A DNA stretch of 64,000 nt, from the NCBI GenBank assembly GCA_000004985.1, contig GG738871.1. One strand, 5' to 3'. A program made the position numbers and the translations under genes. Shown one piece after another: positions 10,567 to 22,275 of this stretch (the stretch's first letter is position 1; each line of letters opens with the position of its first letter). This DNA comes from Naegleria gruberi. Taxonomy: Eukaryota. Under the pieces are notes generated by a model that was not told the origin of the DNA, did not search any database, and was given only the letters and a program-made list of their open reading frames with translations.

Positions 10567-12234
10567 TTACTTGAAGAGCTTTTCGAAGGTTTCGAAACCA
10601 CCAGCAAGATTCTTAACATTTTCCAAACCATTTTCGTTCAAAATTCTTTGGGCCATATATCCTCTCATACCAATTTTACAATATGTTACAATAGTCTTAT
10701 CCTTTGGAAGTTCAGAAATCTTTTCTCTCAATTGTTCAATTGGGATATGGATAGCACCTTCAAAGTGACCAGATTGGAATTCTCTTGGAGTTCTAACGTC
10801 AACCAAAGCATATTGATCTCTGTTAGCCAAAACTTCTGGAATGTGAACCATTCTTTGTTCACCTCGCAAGAGACCACTAGCAATGAAGCCAATCATGTTG
10901 ACTGGATCCTTAGCAGAACCATATTGTGGTGAGTAGGCAAGTTCTGATTCTTCCAAATCAAAGACAGTCATACCACCTTGAATAGCCATGGCGATAGCAT
11001 TAATTCTATTGGCAATACCATTGTGTTCACCAACAATTTGAGCACCCAAAATCTTACCATAATTTTCCTTAGAAGTGTCGAAAATCAATTTGAGAATCAT
11101 TCTCTTAGCACCTGGATAATAACCAGCATGGTCATTGACAGGAGTGTAAACCTTTTCATAAGTTGTGTATCCAACTCTTTGGAGACTCTTTTCACTGGCA
11201 CCAGTACCAGCAATAGTATAGTTGAAACCACCCATAATACTTGTACCTTGGGCACCTCTGAATGAATCTGGAGTCTTACCAAACATATGGTTGACTGCAA
11301 TTCTTCCTTGTCTGTTAGCAATACCTGCCAATGGAATTTGAGTCCTATTCTTCAAAACGAAATCTTCAATTTCAGTGTTGTCACCACAAGCATAAATATC
11401 AGGATCAGAAGTTTGACAGTTTTCATTAATTACAATACCACCTCTTGGACCAACCTTCAAACCAGATTCGACAGCCAATTTGTTTTCTGGCTTAACACCA
11501 ACAGATAAAAGGACGAAATCAGCATTAACAACCTTTCCACTTTCAAGATGAACATTAACAGTTCCATTTTCACCTTCTCCGAATTTAACACACTTTTCTT
11601 TCAATAATAAATTAACACCACTAGCCTTATAATCTTCCATCAATGGTTGAACCATTTCCTTATCCATTGGTGGCATAATTTGATCCAATAATTCAATAAT
11701 GCTGACATTGACACCAGCATGAGTGATAGCTTCAGCAACTTCACATCCAATGAAACCACCTCCGATGATAACACCCTTCTTTCCTGGAACAATGTGTTGC
11801 TTAATCTTGTCCATATCTTCCAATGAACGTAAAATGTGAATAAGTGGATTATTAATACCTTCCCATGGTGGAATAATTGGTTCAGCACCAGTTGAAAGAA
11901 CTAGCTTATCATAATTTTCGGAATATTCAGATTCCTTAGCCTTGCAAATAACTTGCTTGTTGGCTCTATCGATTTTGATGACTTCAGTTTCAACTCTGAC
12001 ATCAATGTTGTATCTTTTTTTTAAAGTATCAACTCCGGTAACAATCAAACTGTCTCTGGAAGCAATTTGACCACCAAGAAAATATGGCATACCACAGTTA
12101 GCAAATGAAGGATTCTTTCCCTTTTCGAACAAGACAATAGAAACCTTTTCGCAAATTCTTCTAAGTCTAGTGGCAGCAGAAGCACCTCCAGCGACACCAC
12201 CAACAACTACAACTTTGTGAATCAATGATGACAT
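10567..12234 (-). CDS. bacterial-type CoA-disulfide reductase / NADH oxidase (pyridine nucleotide-disulfide oxidoreductase) fused to a C-terminal rhodanese domain; intronless
   Basis: An FAD-binding GxGxxG is present (VVVVGGVAGGASAA). The redox-active Cys motif is SFANCGMPY. A second Rossmann motif is present (GVIIGGGFIGCE). The C-terminal rhodanese module has an active-site CKIGMRG loop. The ORF is 555 aa and uninterrupted. Confidence 0.8.
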   Translation of the reverse strand: MSSLIHKVVVVGGVAGGASAATRLRRICEKVSIVLFEKGKNPSFANCGMPYFLGGQIASRDSLIVTGVDTLKKRYNIDVRVETEVIKIDRANKQVICKAKESEYSENYDKLVLSTGAEPIIPPWEGINNPLIHILRSLEDMDKIKQHIVPGKKGVIIGGGFIGCEVAEAITHAGVNVSIIELLDQIMPPMDKEMVQPLMEDYKASGVNLLLKEKCVKFGEGENGTVNVHLESGKVVNADFVLLSVGVKPENKLAVESGLKVGPRGGIVINENCQTSDPDIYACGDNTEIEDFVLKNRTQIPLAGIANRQGRIAVNHMFGKTPDSFRGAQGTSIMGGFNYTIAGTGASEKSLQRVGYTTYEKVYTPVNDHAGYYPGAKRMILKLIFDTSKENYGKILGAQIVGEHNGIANRINAIAMAIQGGMTVFDLEESELAYSPQYGSAKDPVNMIGFIASGLLRGEQRMVHIPEVLANRDQYALVDVRTPREFQSGHFEGAIHIPIEQLREKISELPKDKTIVTYCKIGMRGYMAQRILNENGLENVKNLAGGFETFEKLFK

Positions 12235-12795
12235 TTTGAGCTATTTTGTTTGTATAATTTTTGGGTAGAGTTGTATGATGCTTGTTGGCTATTTATTCAA
12301 ACCATGACGAGGCCACTTGGAGAACTAAAAAGGTGAAATTAGTGTCGGCGAAAAATATTGGGGCCGAAATGTTGAACGTAATGATGGGAGAGAAGGCACA
12401 ATTGCCTGGTTTCTCCATTACTCAAAAGACACCTCAAGACAAGGATGGAAATTACATGTATCTTGAGTTGTCTGGATAATAAAATGACAAACATTTTTTT
12501 AATTGAAAAAACCACAATAAATTAAGCATCACATGGAGGGAAAGAGCAAGACACTCTTACCTTGCATGAATAGTTAGATTTTTGTTACGTTAATCACTCC
12601 TGGGTACTACTCTCGAATATCATCTTTAATGATACAAGACACGGACTTGGGATAATAATTTGGAATGCTCCTACGGCTGTATGTGACCGAAATCGGATAC
12701 AGTGATTCATATGCGTCCCAAATCTTTCTGGTTTTTCTTTTGGTTCTGTTGTAAAAGATTTAACTGTTTGAGTTTTGGATTCTAAAGTTTTAATT

Positions 12796-13982
12796 TTATC
12801 CATTTAAATCATATTTACAACATGGACAAGTGTGGTTTTCCTCTAACCACTTGTCAATACAGTCTCTGTGAAAAATGTGTAAGCAAGGTAATCTCCTTAA
12901 CTGCTCTCCATTCTGATATTCTTCCATGCAAAATGTACAATTATTATCATCAAAATTATGTTGATTATTGTTAAATATTGTTATTGGAAGATTAGTCAAT
13001 AAATCCTTATTGACACCAATTTTGATATTAGCCTCATCCAATCTTAATAACTCCTCATAAGACTCCTCTCCTGTAAAGTTTTGAACACTTGAGCTAAGGG
13101 GATTAGCAGTACGAATATTTGATGCGAAGGAAGGAGCACTATAGTTTCCTCCAAGATTATTAGAAATTAATTCATCAAAGTTTGTAACTCTAGATTGATA
13201 GCTAGCAAATTCTTCTTGTTGCAATCTTCTGGCTAAGATTTCATCCTCAGAAAGGTTATGTTGTGTAGACGCTGATGCTCGAGAATTATTGGATGAGGAA
13301 GATGCTTCTGATGAGCTACTACTAGTCGTAGTAGTAGATCTTGGAAGAAGTAGTCTCGATTGTGCAGTCTTGGACTTTGAAGCTATTGAGGGTCTCAGTG
13401 AGGGATTTCTAACAGGCTTAATTTCAGAAACTCTCTGAGTGGTCGATGTTGTTGACCCAACCTCTATTGCTCTTTTTACTGCTGATGTTGATGATGTTGG
13501 GGTAGCAGATTTTGTTGATGATGACGAGGTGTTAGTTTTTGTTAATATAGAGGAAGAGTGTGGAATTCTTGTTGGAGTTAGAGTAGATGGTGGTTTGTAT
13601 AATGATGGTTGAACTGTGGCAATAGTTGGTGGTGAATCTTTGTTTTTTCCTATTATTGCAAGATCATCATTTCCAGAGTTTAAATGTACTGCTGATCCAC
13701 TTGGAGATTTGTCCTTTGCTCGTAATTGTCTTTTCAGAGCATCATTACTAGCCTCTAATTGTTTAATCAATTCTTTAGCTCGCCCTAATTCATCTTCCAA
13801 ATATTTGATCTTTTTATCCTTTTCTTGTGTTTCCCTGCAGAATTTTATAATAAATTATTACTAATAATTACTAGTACATACACCTCAAAACCACTGATTT
13901 TAATGGCTGCCTCCTCTAAAGCTAACTCCAAGGCATAAGAGTTGGTGTTCGGATTTCCAAAGTCGTGGAAGGTATTTTGCAT
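12796..13982 (-). CDS. RING-H2 (C3H2C3) E3 ubiquitin ligase with N-terminal CUE-like/coiled-coil region and S/T-rich linker; exons 13882..13982 and 12796..13834
   Basis: The C-terminal RING-H2 is CTFCMEEY...LPCLHIFHRDCIDKWL...CPCCK. A 47-nt intron (13835..13881; GTATGT...ctgcag) joins ...KISGFEV to ETQEKDKKIKYLEDELGRAK in phase 2. The start is placed at the second ATG to avoid overlapping the VPS45 3' end. Confidence 0.6.
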
Positions 13983-14097
13983 TTTTATTTTTGTTGGTTT
14001 GCAATTTTCGTTGTTGAGCGGTAAATTTTGGCGGCAAACAATAGTTTCCTCAATCAACACCACTTTCTTTGGTAATGAGGATGATCTTTTGGTGTTG

Positions 14098-16023
14098 TTA
14101 ATCTTTTTCATACATTCTTTTTAATTCTTTGAGGTAGGTAGTACTATTTACAATACAAGTTCCTCCAAGAATGACAGATTTGAAATTGTCATCAAGTTGA
14201 TTAAGTGAGCTAATAACACCTAACTGAAGTGATTTTTGTTCCTCTTCCTTTCTTCTTGATTTGTTATTGAATAACTCTACAGTAGACGCTTCCTCATAAG
14301 TGATACCTCCAACAATAAATACAATTACTTCTTGTGGAACTTCTCTTGATGTCAATCCCATAAATGGATAATCTGTGAGGGATAACTTTCCTTTAAATAA
14401 TTGATCCAATGTATCATAAAGACGAGGTTTGTGTTGAGTGAAAACATTTAAAACTTCCTGATCTTTGAATTCATTGGCCACCTTTTTAAATAACTCTTTG
14501 AAAGAAATAGAGGTTGGCTCCTCATCGAACAAACCTTTGGTACGTTTTGCCTTACCTCCGTGTTCAATAGCATTGTCAATCAAACCAATGTCCTCAACAC
14601 CATTTCTACGAAGAATAGTCTTTAAGGTTCTTATATTATCAATATTATCTTCATATCTCAAAGCATAAAGAATTACCAAACGAAGAGCATCCTTTTCAGA
14701 TGTTGTTTCTCTACTCAATATGTCTTTCAAAGCTTCAAAATTTTTGTTATGATTTTTTCCACAAACAATCTCCTGCTCAACCTCACTAACATCTAAGAGT
14801 TTACGCTTAGCCACAATAGATCTCAATTCTGTAACCATAGTGACATGCTTCTCTGTTTCTTGTTGTTGCTTCTTAAATGATGGGAAATTTTGCATAAAAT
14901 TGGCCAAATCCTCAATTGTCTGGATGCTTTCCTTCATGTTGTGATTTTCTTGGAAGACTTCTACAACCTGCTTTACATTTTTACACAAATCTCCCCAGTT
15001 TTCATACATATTGTTCGAGTAAAATTCGTCATATTGAGCTGAAAATACTTCCTCTCTCTTGGTTGATGGATATTTGATAACATTGTTTTTAAGGCCAATC
15101 AACTCATGAATCATAGCTTGATACGTCCATTGCATTAAAAGAGGTGTCACTGGATCATCTCTACGATCAATTATTAGTACAATTGGTTGAGGAGGGGCTT
15201 TAGTATGGTATCTTGTTTCGTAATCCATTTTGAAATCAAAAATGCCATTATCATGACTATTTGTTGAGATTTTTTCACCAAGCTCGGTAGCAATCTTTTT
15301 ACAAATATCTGATGATTGTTGAAATCTAATAATTGGTCTCTTTTTTAGTGAAATTAATGAACTTGACAAGCCATCAATAATTCTACGAAAGGCAATGTCA
15401 TCCCATGAATTATTCAGTATTGATGCTGTACTTGAAATATTGAGGGAAAATATTGATTTATCCACAGCTAAATAATCTGTAAAATATTCAAATACATTCT
15501 TAACTAGTTCATGTTTGTCACTTGAGGCAAGTTTTTCTAACAAGTGTTGACTAATTACATTTGAAAAATCTTTTTTGCATAATGTTTAAAATTTTCAACT
15601 TGAATAAAACTTACAAATATTATATGATTGATACTTTGGATTAACAAGTTCTGCCTTAAGTAATTCCACATTACCATTCGTTGGCCTGACAAATACTATT
15701 GCTCTCATATTCTTGAGTGATTGTCTTGCTTCATTTTGCAGCACATCAACGAGAAAGACATTCTTTTGCATGATGGAGCTGAATGGTGTGACCACAGAAA
15801 TTATATCTTTCTATCATCGGAACACATAGTTGATCAGAATTCTATTATTCTATTCTACTAGTACACTTACTGTAAATTCATCAAGAATTAATACTTTCAC
15901 TCCACTCACACTGTCAACCATATCTAAAATATATTCGTTAATTGACTTGGCAACATTCATTCTCCTTTGATCCTCTGCTGTTTGTACAGCATTATTTGAT
16001 GATGGATTATTGTTGTTGAGCAT
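14098..16023 (-). CDS. vps45: VPS45 (Sec1/Munc18 family vacuolar sorting protein); exons 15871..16023, 15615..15810, 14098..15569
   Basis: LIIDRRDDPVTPLLMQWTYQAMIHELIGL matches the VPS45 hallmark. Exon 2 (NMRAIVFVRPT...PKYQSYNI) and exon 3 (YFSNVISQHLL...) match the VPS45 N-terminus. The introns are 60 and 45 nt with GTAAGT donors. Confidence 0.85.
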
Positions 16024-16255
16024 TTTTATTTGATGTTGTTTTCAAATTGTTTTCTATTTGTATCACTTTCCATGTTTATGAAACAACGGATCGATAGAAG
16101 CCCTTTCAACGTTTATTGATGACAAATCAAACTCTTCCTGTTACAATAAATCTAGGAGTGAAAAGAATGATTGAATCCTATTTTAATCTTCTACAATTAA
16201 AAATTGATTAACTTTGAGGGTTGAGAAACAGCAGCAATCAAAATCTTAAAAAAAA

Positions 16256-17492
16256 ATGAGCGTAAAAACCAAGGCTTCTCTGCCTTCACAAGAATCATCG
16301 AATTCTTCCTCTCAAAAATTTCTCATCATCTCTGGTTTATTGTTGGGATTTTCGATTGTTTTTCGCTTTGTTAATAGACAATTGGATTCCGAAACGAATC
16401 AATCCTTCTTCGGAGATATTATTAATGTTTTCTCCTCCTTTTTATTTACAGTTTTATTGATTATGTTTTCTCTCTGTATATTAATGTGCTCTATATTATT
16501 CTTGTTACTTTTCCGTAAAGGAAAACCAACACATATTCAATCATCAAATGCTGGTATTGATATTTCTAGTAAAGTAATTGTTAGTGAGAAGGCAATTAAT
16601 GATATCAATGACGAAAGTGTATTTTTCGTTAGAGAACAAGAAAGTGATGACGGAGATTGCAAATGGTTGAACATTATTCTCAATAGAGTTTTACAACAAT
16701 ATTTCTATAAGAATGCTTCTAAAATCAAAAAACAAATTTTACAAAAAGTTTCAGAGGAAATGAAATTACCAGATTTTGTTGGAGATTTACAAATTAAAGA
16801 TTTGAATTTTGGATCAAAATCACCATATTTTAAGACCATTTCTGCAAAGGAAGATAGAAATGGATTGCAAGTTGATATTGCTGTAGTTTATGATGATCCA
16901 AAAACAAAGATTCACCTCGGAACTGAAATTTGGATTAATTATCCAGTTAAGAGATTTGCCTCATTCCCAATTCAATTTGCCATTGAAAATATTTTCCTTG
17001 ATGCTAAGGTATGTTAAATTTAGGAATATGATTCAGATCTTACCTTGTGCTAAATAGATGAGAGTAATTTTATCACCAGATTTCAAATTGCTCAAGTTCT
17101 GTTTCCTCAAACAACCAAACTTTGATTTGATCTTTTCTAATGAATTTGGACATCATTCTTCACTTCAAAACTTGCCAATCTTGACTGACATTATTAATAG
17201 ACAAATTTACCTCTTATTGAGTGAAACATTGGTAGCTCCTAACTTTATTGAAATACCAATCCCAGAACCAAGTGAAAAAAAGACTAAGAAGAGTGAACAA
17301 GAAGATGAAGCTGATGTTCAAGCTGATAATGGAGAATACTCTAGTGATGATTTAGAAAGTAATAATGACGATGAATTATCTTCAAGAGGAAGTGATGATG
17401 AAGATACAATTGAAGAGGATCAATCAAGACAAAGAATAACAAATAGAAAGACTAAACGTTCTACTACTAGGCCAACATCCAACAAGAAGTAA
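16256..17492 (+). CDS. N-terminal TM + SMP (synaptotagmin-like mitochondrial lipid-binding) domain lipid-transfer protein (Mmm1/TEX2-Nvj2-like) with acidic C-tail; exons 16256..17008 and 17058..17492
   Basis: Two TM helices are followed by ...DGDCKWLNIILNRVLQQYFY... , which is the typical start of an SMP domain. A 49-nt intron has donor AAG|GTATGT and acceptor ctaaatag|, in phase 0. Confidence 0.55.
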
Positions 17493-17609
17493 ATATCCAT
17501 TATTTAAAAAACAATAAATCAATAATATAATTTTAAATAATAATTGTTATTAATATATGTCGAATTTTACAATCTGTTAAATACTCCGCTATCCAAGAAA
17601 AGCTTTCAT

Positions 17610-17909
17610 CTATTGATCCTTTGTTGATTCAATAACATCTACAATTTGTTTCACTTTCTTGCTCAAACGGGCAAGATTTGTTGTTGATGTAGTGATTTGA
17701 GAACCTTGTTCGGATGATTGTTTTTCAAGGGCAGCAATTCTCTTTTCCAATTGTTCAGCTTCACTAACAGCTTGTTTAACAAAATTATGTGTATCCATTA
17801 TAGTACTTTCCAAAGCACGGGATGTGTTATAAACATCTCTACGAAGATAATAATAAGAAAATGTTGTGCCGGTAATAGCTCCCAAAGCGAATGGTAATAA
17901 TCTGCTCAT
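17610..17909 (-). CDS. small (~99 aa) N-terminally anchored coiled-coil protein, hypothetical
   Basis: The ORF begins with a hydrophobic segment (LLPFALGAITGTTFSYYYL) and then has a heptad-like region (EAEQLEKRIAALEKQ). Confidence 0.35.
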   Translation of the reverse strand: MSRLLPFALGAITGTTFSYYYLRRDVYNTSRALESTIMDTHNFVKQAVSEAEQLEKRIAALEKQSSEQGSQITTSTTNLARLSKKVKQIVDVIESTKDQ

Positions 17910-18445
17910 TTTTTGTTGTTGGTGTGCTTTTTGATTGTTGTTGTTTGATAAACAAAGTAATTTTAATAATATCAATATTTGGTCATGTTGAGGATTGGTA
18001 TTAACCTTCAACTGCTCTAATAACTTGTCGTGAAAATTAATAGTATTATTTGAAATTAAATTGTATAGAATTTTTCATCAGTTTTCTATTTATTTTCTCC
18101 TTCAAACTGCAAATTGAACTGTAAAACAGAACACGGTTTTCAGAAATTAATTGACAAGAATAAATTTTGTTTGGTGTAATCATGAGTATGTTAGCCATTA
18201 ATACAACCAACATTCTAATATCGATTGACGAATTAATTATCAGAATTGAGTCCAACATTTTGAGGTTGAAGGCTTTTCTCTCTTAAAAATGGCTGGTAAA
18301 ATTCTCATTGTAAACAGATATATGACTTGGTAAACCACTGAATGCCATAAATTTTGTTGAAAAAAAATCGCAAAAAGGTAACTATAGCTCGCATTTTTTA
18401 TTGCTCACTCTAAACTCTAACTTGTTTGACAAACAAAAAACAGAG

Positions 18446-18871
18446 ATGAACTCAAATAAGCAAGCTTTCAAGGTTTTCACCTACAGAGGTCACAATTTGG
18501 ACGCCCTCATGGCCATGGAAAATGACGAATTGAAGAATTTGTTCACTTCTGCTCTTAGAAGAAGAATTGGTAAGGGTATCTCCAAGAAGTACAAGACTTT
18601 GATCGAAAAGGCTCAAAAGAAGAGAGACACTGCTCCATACGGTGAAAAGCCAGACGCTGTCAAGACTCACTTGAGAGATATGATCATCTTGCCAAGCATG
18701 ATTGGTTGTGTTATTGGTGTTTACCAAGGAAAGGACTACGTCTCCGTTGAAATCAAGCCAGAAATGGTTGGTATGAAGTTGTCTGATTTCTCCCTCACTT
18801 ACAGACCAGTTAAGCACGGTAAGCCAGGTATCGGTGCTACTTCTTCATCTAAGTTCGTCCCATTGAAGTAA
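18446..18871 (+). CDS. rps15: 40S ribosomal protein S15 (uS19)
   Basis: FKVFTYRG..LD.L..M...EL..L...RRR..KG........L..K......AP.GEKP..VKTHLRDMIILP.M.G...GVY.GK....VEIKPEMVG..L..FS.TYRPVKHG.PGIGAT.SS.F.PLK matches eukaryotic RPS15 across its full length. Confidence 0.9.
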   Translation: MNSNKQAFKVFTYRGHNLDALMAMENDELKNLFTSALRRRIGKGISKKYKTLIEKAQKKRDTAPYGEKPDAVKTHLRDMIILPSMIGCVIGVYQGKDYVSVEIKPEMVGMKLSDFSLTYRPVKHGKPGIGATSSSKFVPLK

Positions 18872-18969
18872 ATCATTTATCATAATAAATTAAATATTAA
18901 AAAAAACAATTATAAAAATTGGGATTTTATTTTGTTATTAAAATTCATTTTGAAAGTTATTTTTGTAAA

Positions 18970-19614
18970 TTAAACAAGGGATTTTACTTTTTCAAAATAG
19001 GGAGAAATACTCCAAGATTGAGAATAGAAAGCCAGAGTGGTGTTGCTGAGAGAAGTACTTCCTTGTGAATCGTCTTTCTTCTTTGATTGATTTTCATTCA
19101 AAAATTCCTTTCGGTCTGTTGTTGTCATTCGTTTGCATTCTGAAAGTATGAGTTCTTTCATGGTGTAATCCTTTTGTAACAATTCTATTATTGATTGAAG
19201 ATACAGATTTTGTTTCTCAGTTGTGCAGGTTGACAGTAAAGTAATCAATTCCTGTAAATATCCATTCATTGTGACATGTATTAAATTATTCAATCTGGTA
19301 ACAAGATTAAGAATTTCCGAATATACTTTTCTGGTCACATTCTGTTTTAAAACATCTCCTATTACCATTGGACATTGTTGAAATACTCCCCAGTAAGGAC
19401 TCTCCATATAGTCTTCTTCAATTAATGATTTTTCCAGACCCGATAAAATATCATTTCCATCCAAAATCGTTTCTCCCCATTTTTGAATTATTAATTTAAC
19501 TTTTGGTAGTATCAACCCGAGTGGATTTAAACTTGATGTATTGTTATTCTTACTATTTACATATTGTTCCGATTGTTTGTGTTGTTGCTGATTATTGTTG
19601 GCTTTTAAACTCAT
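18970..19614 (-). CDS. hypothetical protein, poly-N/Q N-terminus, helical-repeat C-terminus
   Basis: ORF of 214 aa. Its ATG overlaps the stop of the upstream CWC25-like ORF in the sequence ATGA. I recognised no domain. Confidence 0.4.
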   Translation of the reverse strand: MSLKANNNQQQHKQSEQYVNSKNNNTSSLNPLGLILPKVKLIIQKWGETILDGNDILSGLEKSLIEEDYMESPYWGVFQQCPMVIGDVLKQNVTRKVYSEILNLVTRLNNLIHVTMNGYLQELITLLSTCTTEKQNLYLQSIIELLQKDYTMKELILSECKRMTTTDRKEFLNENQSKKKDDSQGSTSLSNTTLAFYSQSWSISPYFEKVKSLV

Positions 19615-20201
19615 TTTTTCTTTTCTTTCAAAAACTTTTTTGTCTTTTCATCTTCTCTTTTACTTCTTTCTAAATATTCTTTCATGAGATCTTCATCCAT
19701 GGATGATGATTTTGTGGAGTTGTTAGAGGATGATTTCTTCTTTTCTGATGATTTTTGAGTGGCTTGATCTACTACTTTGGATTGACTTGGTGTTATAGGA
19801 GTATTGGTAATAATATTATTTTGAGAATTTACCACTTTGTGAAATAATGATTTTGAGTCATAGTTCAATACATCTTTAAAGGTGGTAATTTTAGAGTTGT
19901 TAATCAATGATTCTTCAGTTTTCTTCTTTTCAATATTTAAATTTGAAGGTGAAGTAGTGGTAGGATCCTTCCGAGAGTGATCAATCACCTTAACTTGTTC
20001 AATTGTTGAATTTGATTTTACTTTTTTAAATTGTTCATAATTTTCTTCCGATTGTTCCTTCTTTCTCTTTCGTTCTTGTTCTTTTTGTTTTTCATTTTCA
20101 ATAGATTTAATCTTGTTTACTTTTTCTCTGTTTTTTTCTGAAGAGATGTGCCACGATTTTTTAGAGAGCAAATCAGACATTTTTTTATTATTTAAATTCA
20201 A
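19611..20201 (-). CDS. CWC25-like pre-mRNA splicing factor (Cir_N domain); likely start at second ATG (20180)
   Basis: The N-terminus MSDLLSKKSWHISSEKNREKVNKIK..E matches the CWC25 N-terminal signature (LKKSWHP...N.EKVWK.EQ). The remainder is K/E/R-rich. Confidence 0.55.
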   Translation of the reverse strand: MNLNNKKMSDLLSKKSWHISSEKNREKVNKIKSIENEKQKEQERKRKKEQSEENYEQFKKVKSNSTIEQVKVIDHSRKDPTTTSPSNLNIEKKKTEESLINNSKITTFKDVLNYDSKSLFHKVVNSQNNIITNTPITPSQSKVVDQATQKSSEKKKSSSNNSTKSSSMDEDLMKEYLERSKREDEKTKKFLKEKKK

Positions 20202-20232
20202 TAAATATTACAATTTCCTTAATTTACAATAC

Positions 20233-21173
20233 TTAATTCAATTTGATATTGTTACTTTCCTTTTCATAGACAGCATCTTCATCAGATCCTCTCAAAATTA
20301 AACGATCATCACTATCTGGAATGTCAACAATTAAAGAGTGGAATGTGAAACGATTTCTAATAATATTTAAAATTCCACTCTTTCTAGAAGCATCACAAGA
20401 AATCATGGCAGTCTTTTTGTTTGGATCTTGAAGTTGGAAAATGAGTTGAACTCTTTTTGGTTTCCAGAATTGAAGCTTTCTAATAAGTGGAACATCGTGA
20501 GCATTATTAAAATCTGGATAAGTGTATGAGTAAGCTCTGAATTTTCCAGGAGTGAGTGGAGTGAGCATATTATCTCTGACACTCTTATTGGCTAAAACCT
20601 TTTTAACAGCAGCTTTATAAACAGCTGATGGACTAATACTGAATGAAACAACTGCCAAATAACTAAGTCCACATGAAATTAAACCAGTGAAGAAACCAGT
20701 GTAAAATGAAACTGTAGCAACATTCTTAAATGTGATAGAACTCAACCAATCAGTAATTTCCCAAACTATTCAACTATTTAATATTAAAATCCAATATACA
20801 TACCAATCCACAAAACACCAAATATTGCTGTTGAAATGATGGCATATCTTACAAAGTACATTTTCCAAAATTTAACAAGAAGTGGAATGTTAATATCTGG
20901 TCTATCTTCATCCATAATACGTTCCTTATCGTTGAAAACTTCAACAGGGACAATTTCCTTTTCCAAATCCCTTTCTTCTTCATAAATAAATAATTTTTCA
21001 TCCTTCTTTTGTGGAGTTTTATTTTCTTGTTTTACTTGATTATTCTTTGAATGGAATGAAGCCACAATAAAAGATCTGTTATTAATATGTACAGATGTAA
21101 TTTTTGTTGTTGGTGATGAAAAGAGTGATGGCTTGGCTGTTTTATGGGCCAAGGAAATTACACGTTTGAACAT
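20233..21173 (-). CDS. hypothetical double-pass membrane protein with N-terminal presequence-like region (possible mitochondrial); exons 20804..21173 and 20233..20765
   Basis: MFKRVISLAHKTAKPSLF is basic and amphipathic, like a targeting sequence. Two TM helices flank a 38-nt intron (GTATGT...gaatag), in phase 1. Confidence 0.5.
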
Positions 21174-21281
21174 TTTTTTTGATTGAATAAAGTTCAATGA
21201 TCTTAAATTATTAAATTGATAATAATAATATTTGCATTGCAATGATATAAATTATTTAATTTCCTATTAGTTTAAACAAAA

Positions 21282-22275
21282 TTATTCAGTCTTCTTAGCT
21301 TTTTCAGCCTTCTTCTTAGCAATTGCTCTAGCATTTTGTTGTCTCAAATTAAAGAACAAAATAAAGAATGAAATAACAATGAAATCACCTGACAATGAAC
21401 CAATCAATGAACCAGTACAAGTGTTTCCCTTAGGTCTTTCCCAGAAGATTTCAACATATGAGTAAGCAGTGAAAGCAGCAGCATCAAAAATGAATTGAGT
21501 TAATTGAATATCAGTCAAATACATCTTCCACCAGACATCAAAACCTAAAGTGACCTTCATGTAGTAATAGTACATAACAATGTGAACAAAAGTATTCAAA
21601 ATAATTGGAATCCATTGTCCAGTACCTCCACTGTACAATCCATAATAACAAATTGACATTGTGGTGACATGGTGATAGGTGTGAATAAATCTGAGTCTAG
21701 ATCTTCTGATAACAAGGAGGAAAGTATCAAAAAGTTCTACATATTTAGACAAGTAATACTATTATTTAAAATTTAAAAATTCAATTTAAAAATTCAATCA
21801 TGTGAAAACATACCATGTAGGTCCAGAATGGAATATAACCAACGTTATACTTATGTTCAGGGTCACACAACAAACTGTAGAAACCATCCTTCAATCCAAT
21901 AGAAGTAACTTCAAACAACAATCCAAAGAAACAGACAAGGGAAATAACAGTCATATTCAAATTATGTAAAAAGGCTAAAACCTTCAAAATCTTTTGTACA
22001 AAGGTTGGATTCTTATGTTCTTGTTCCATTTCCTCTCTGGACTTGGTACCAAGAATAAAACTAAGAGTATAGGAAACAACAAGATATCCGACCAAAGTCA
22101 AACCAATAGATGGTAAACTGGAGAGAGGAGCAGCATCTTGGTCCCAGTTAAATTTGCCACCAACTTCGAGGTAGGTTTCATGAATAGAATTCAATGAAGT
22201 AATATCGAGCTTGTGATAAGCATCAACAAAAGTCTGCAATGTTGTGAGTGGTAACTCTGGATGTGTGGAAGACAT
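21282..22275 (-). CDS. ELO family fatty-acid elongase; exons 21814..22275 and 21282..21758
   Basis: The His box LRFIHTYHH, the MYYYY motif and multiple TM helices are present. A 55-nt intron (21759..21813) has donor ATG|GTATGT. Confidence 0.85.

Noticed and set aside
12282-12803. ORFs of 65 aa (plus) and 69 aa (minus) in the RING-gene 3' / CoADR 5' intergenic region
   Set aside because: They are short, have no motif, overlap a stop codon and UTR, and have no splice context. They are more likely UTR/promoter sequence with chance open frames, though a micro-gene cannot be excluded.
17058-17492. Treating 17058..17492 as a separate gene
   Set aside because: It joins in frame to 16256..17008 through a canonical 49-nt intron (AAG|GTATGT...aaatag|ATG). 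The upstream exon has no stop before the donor. So it is a single SMP-domain gene.
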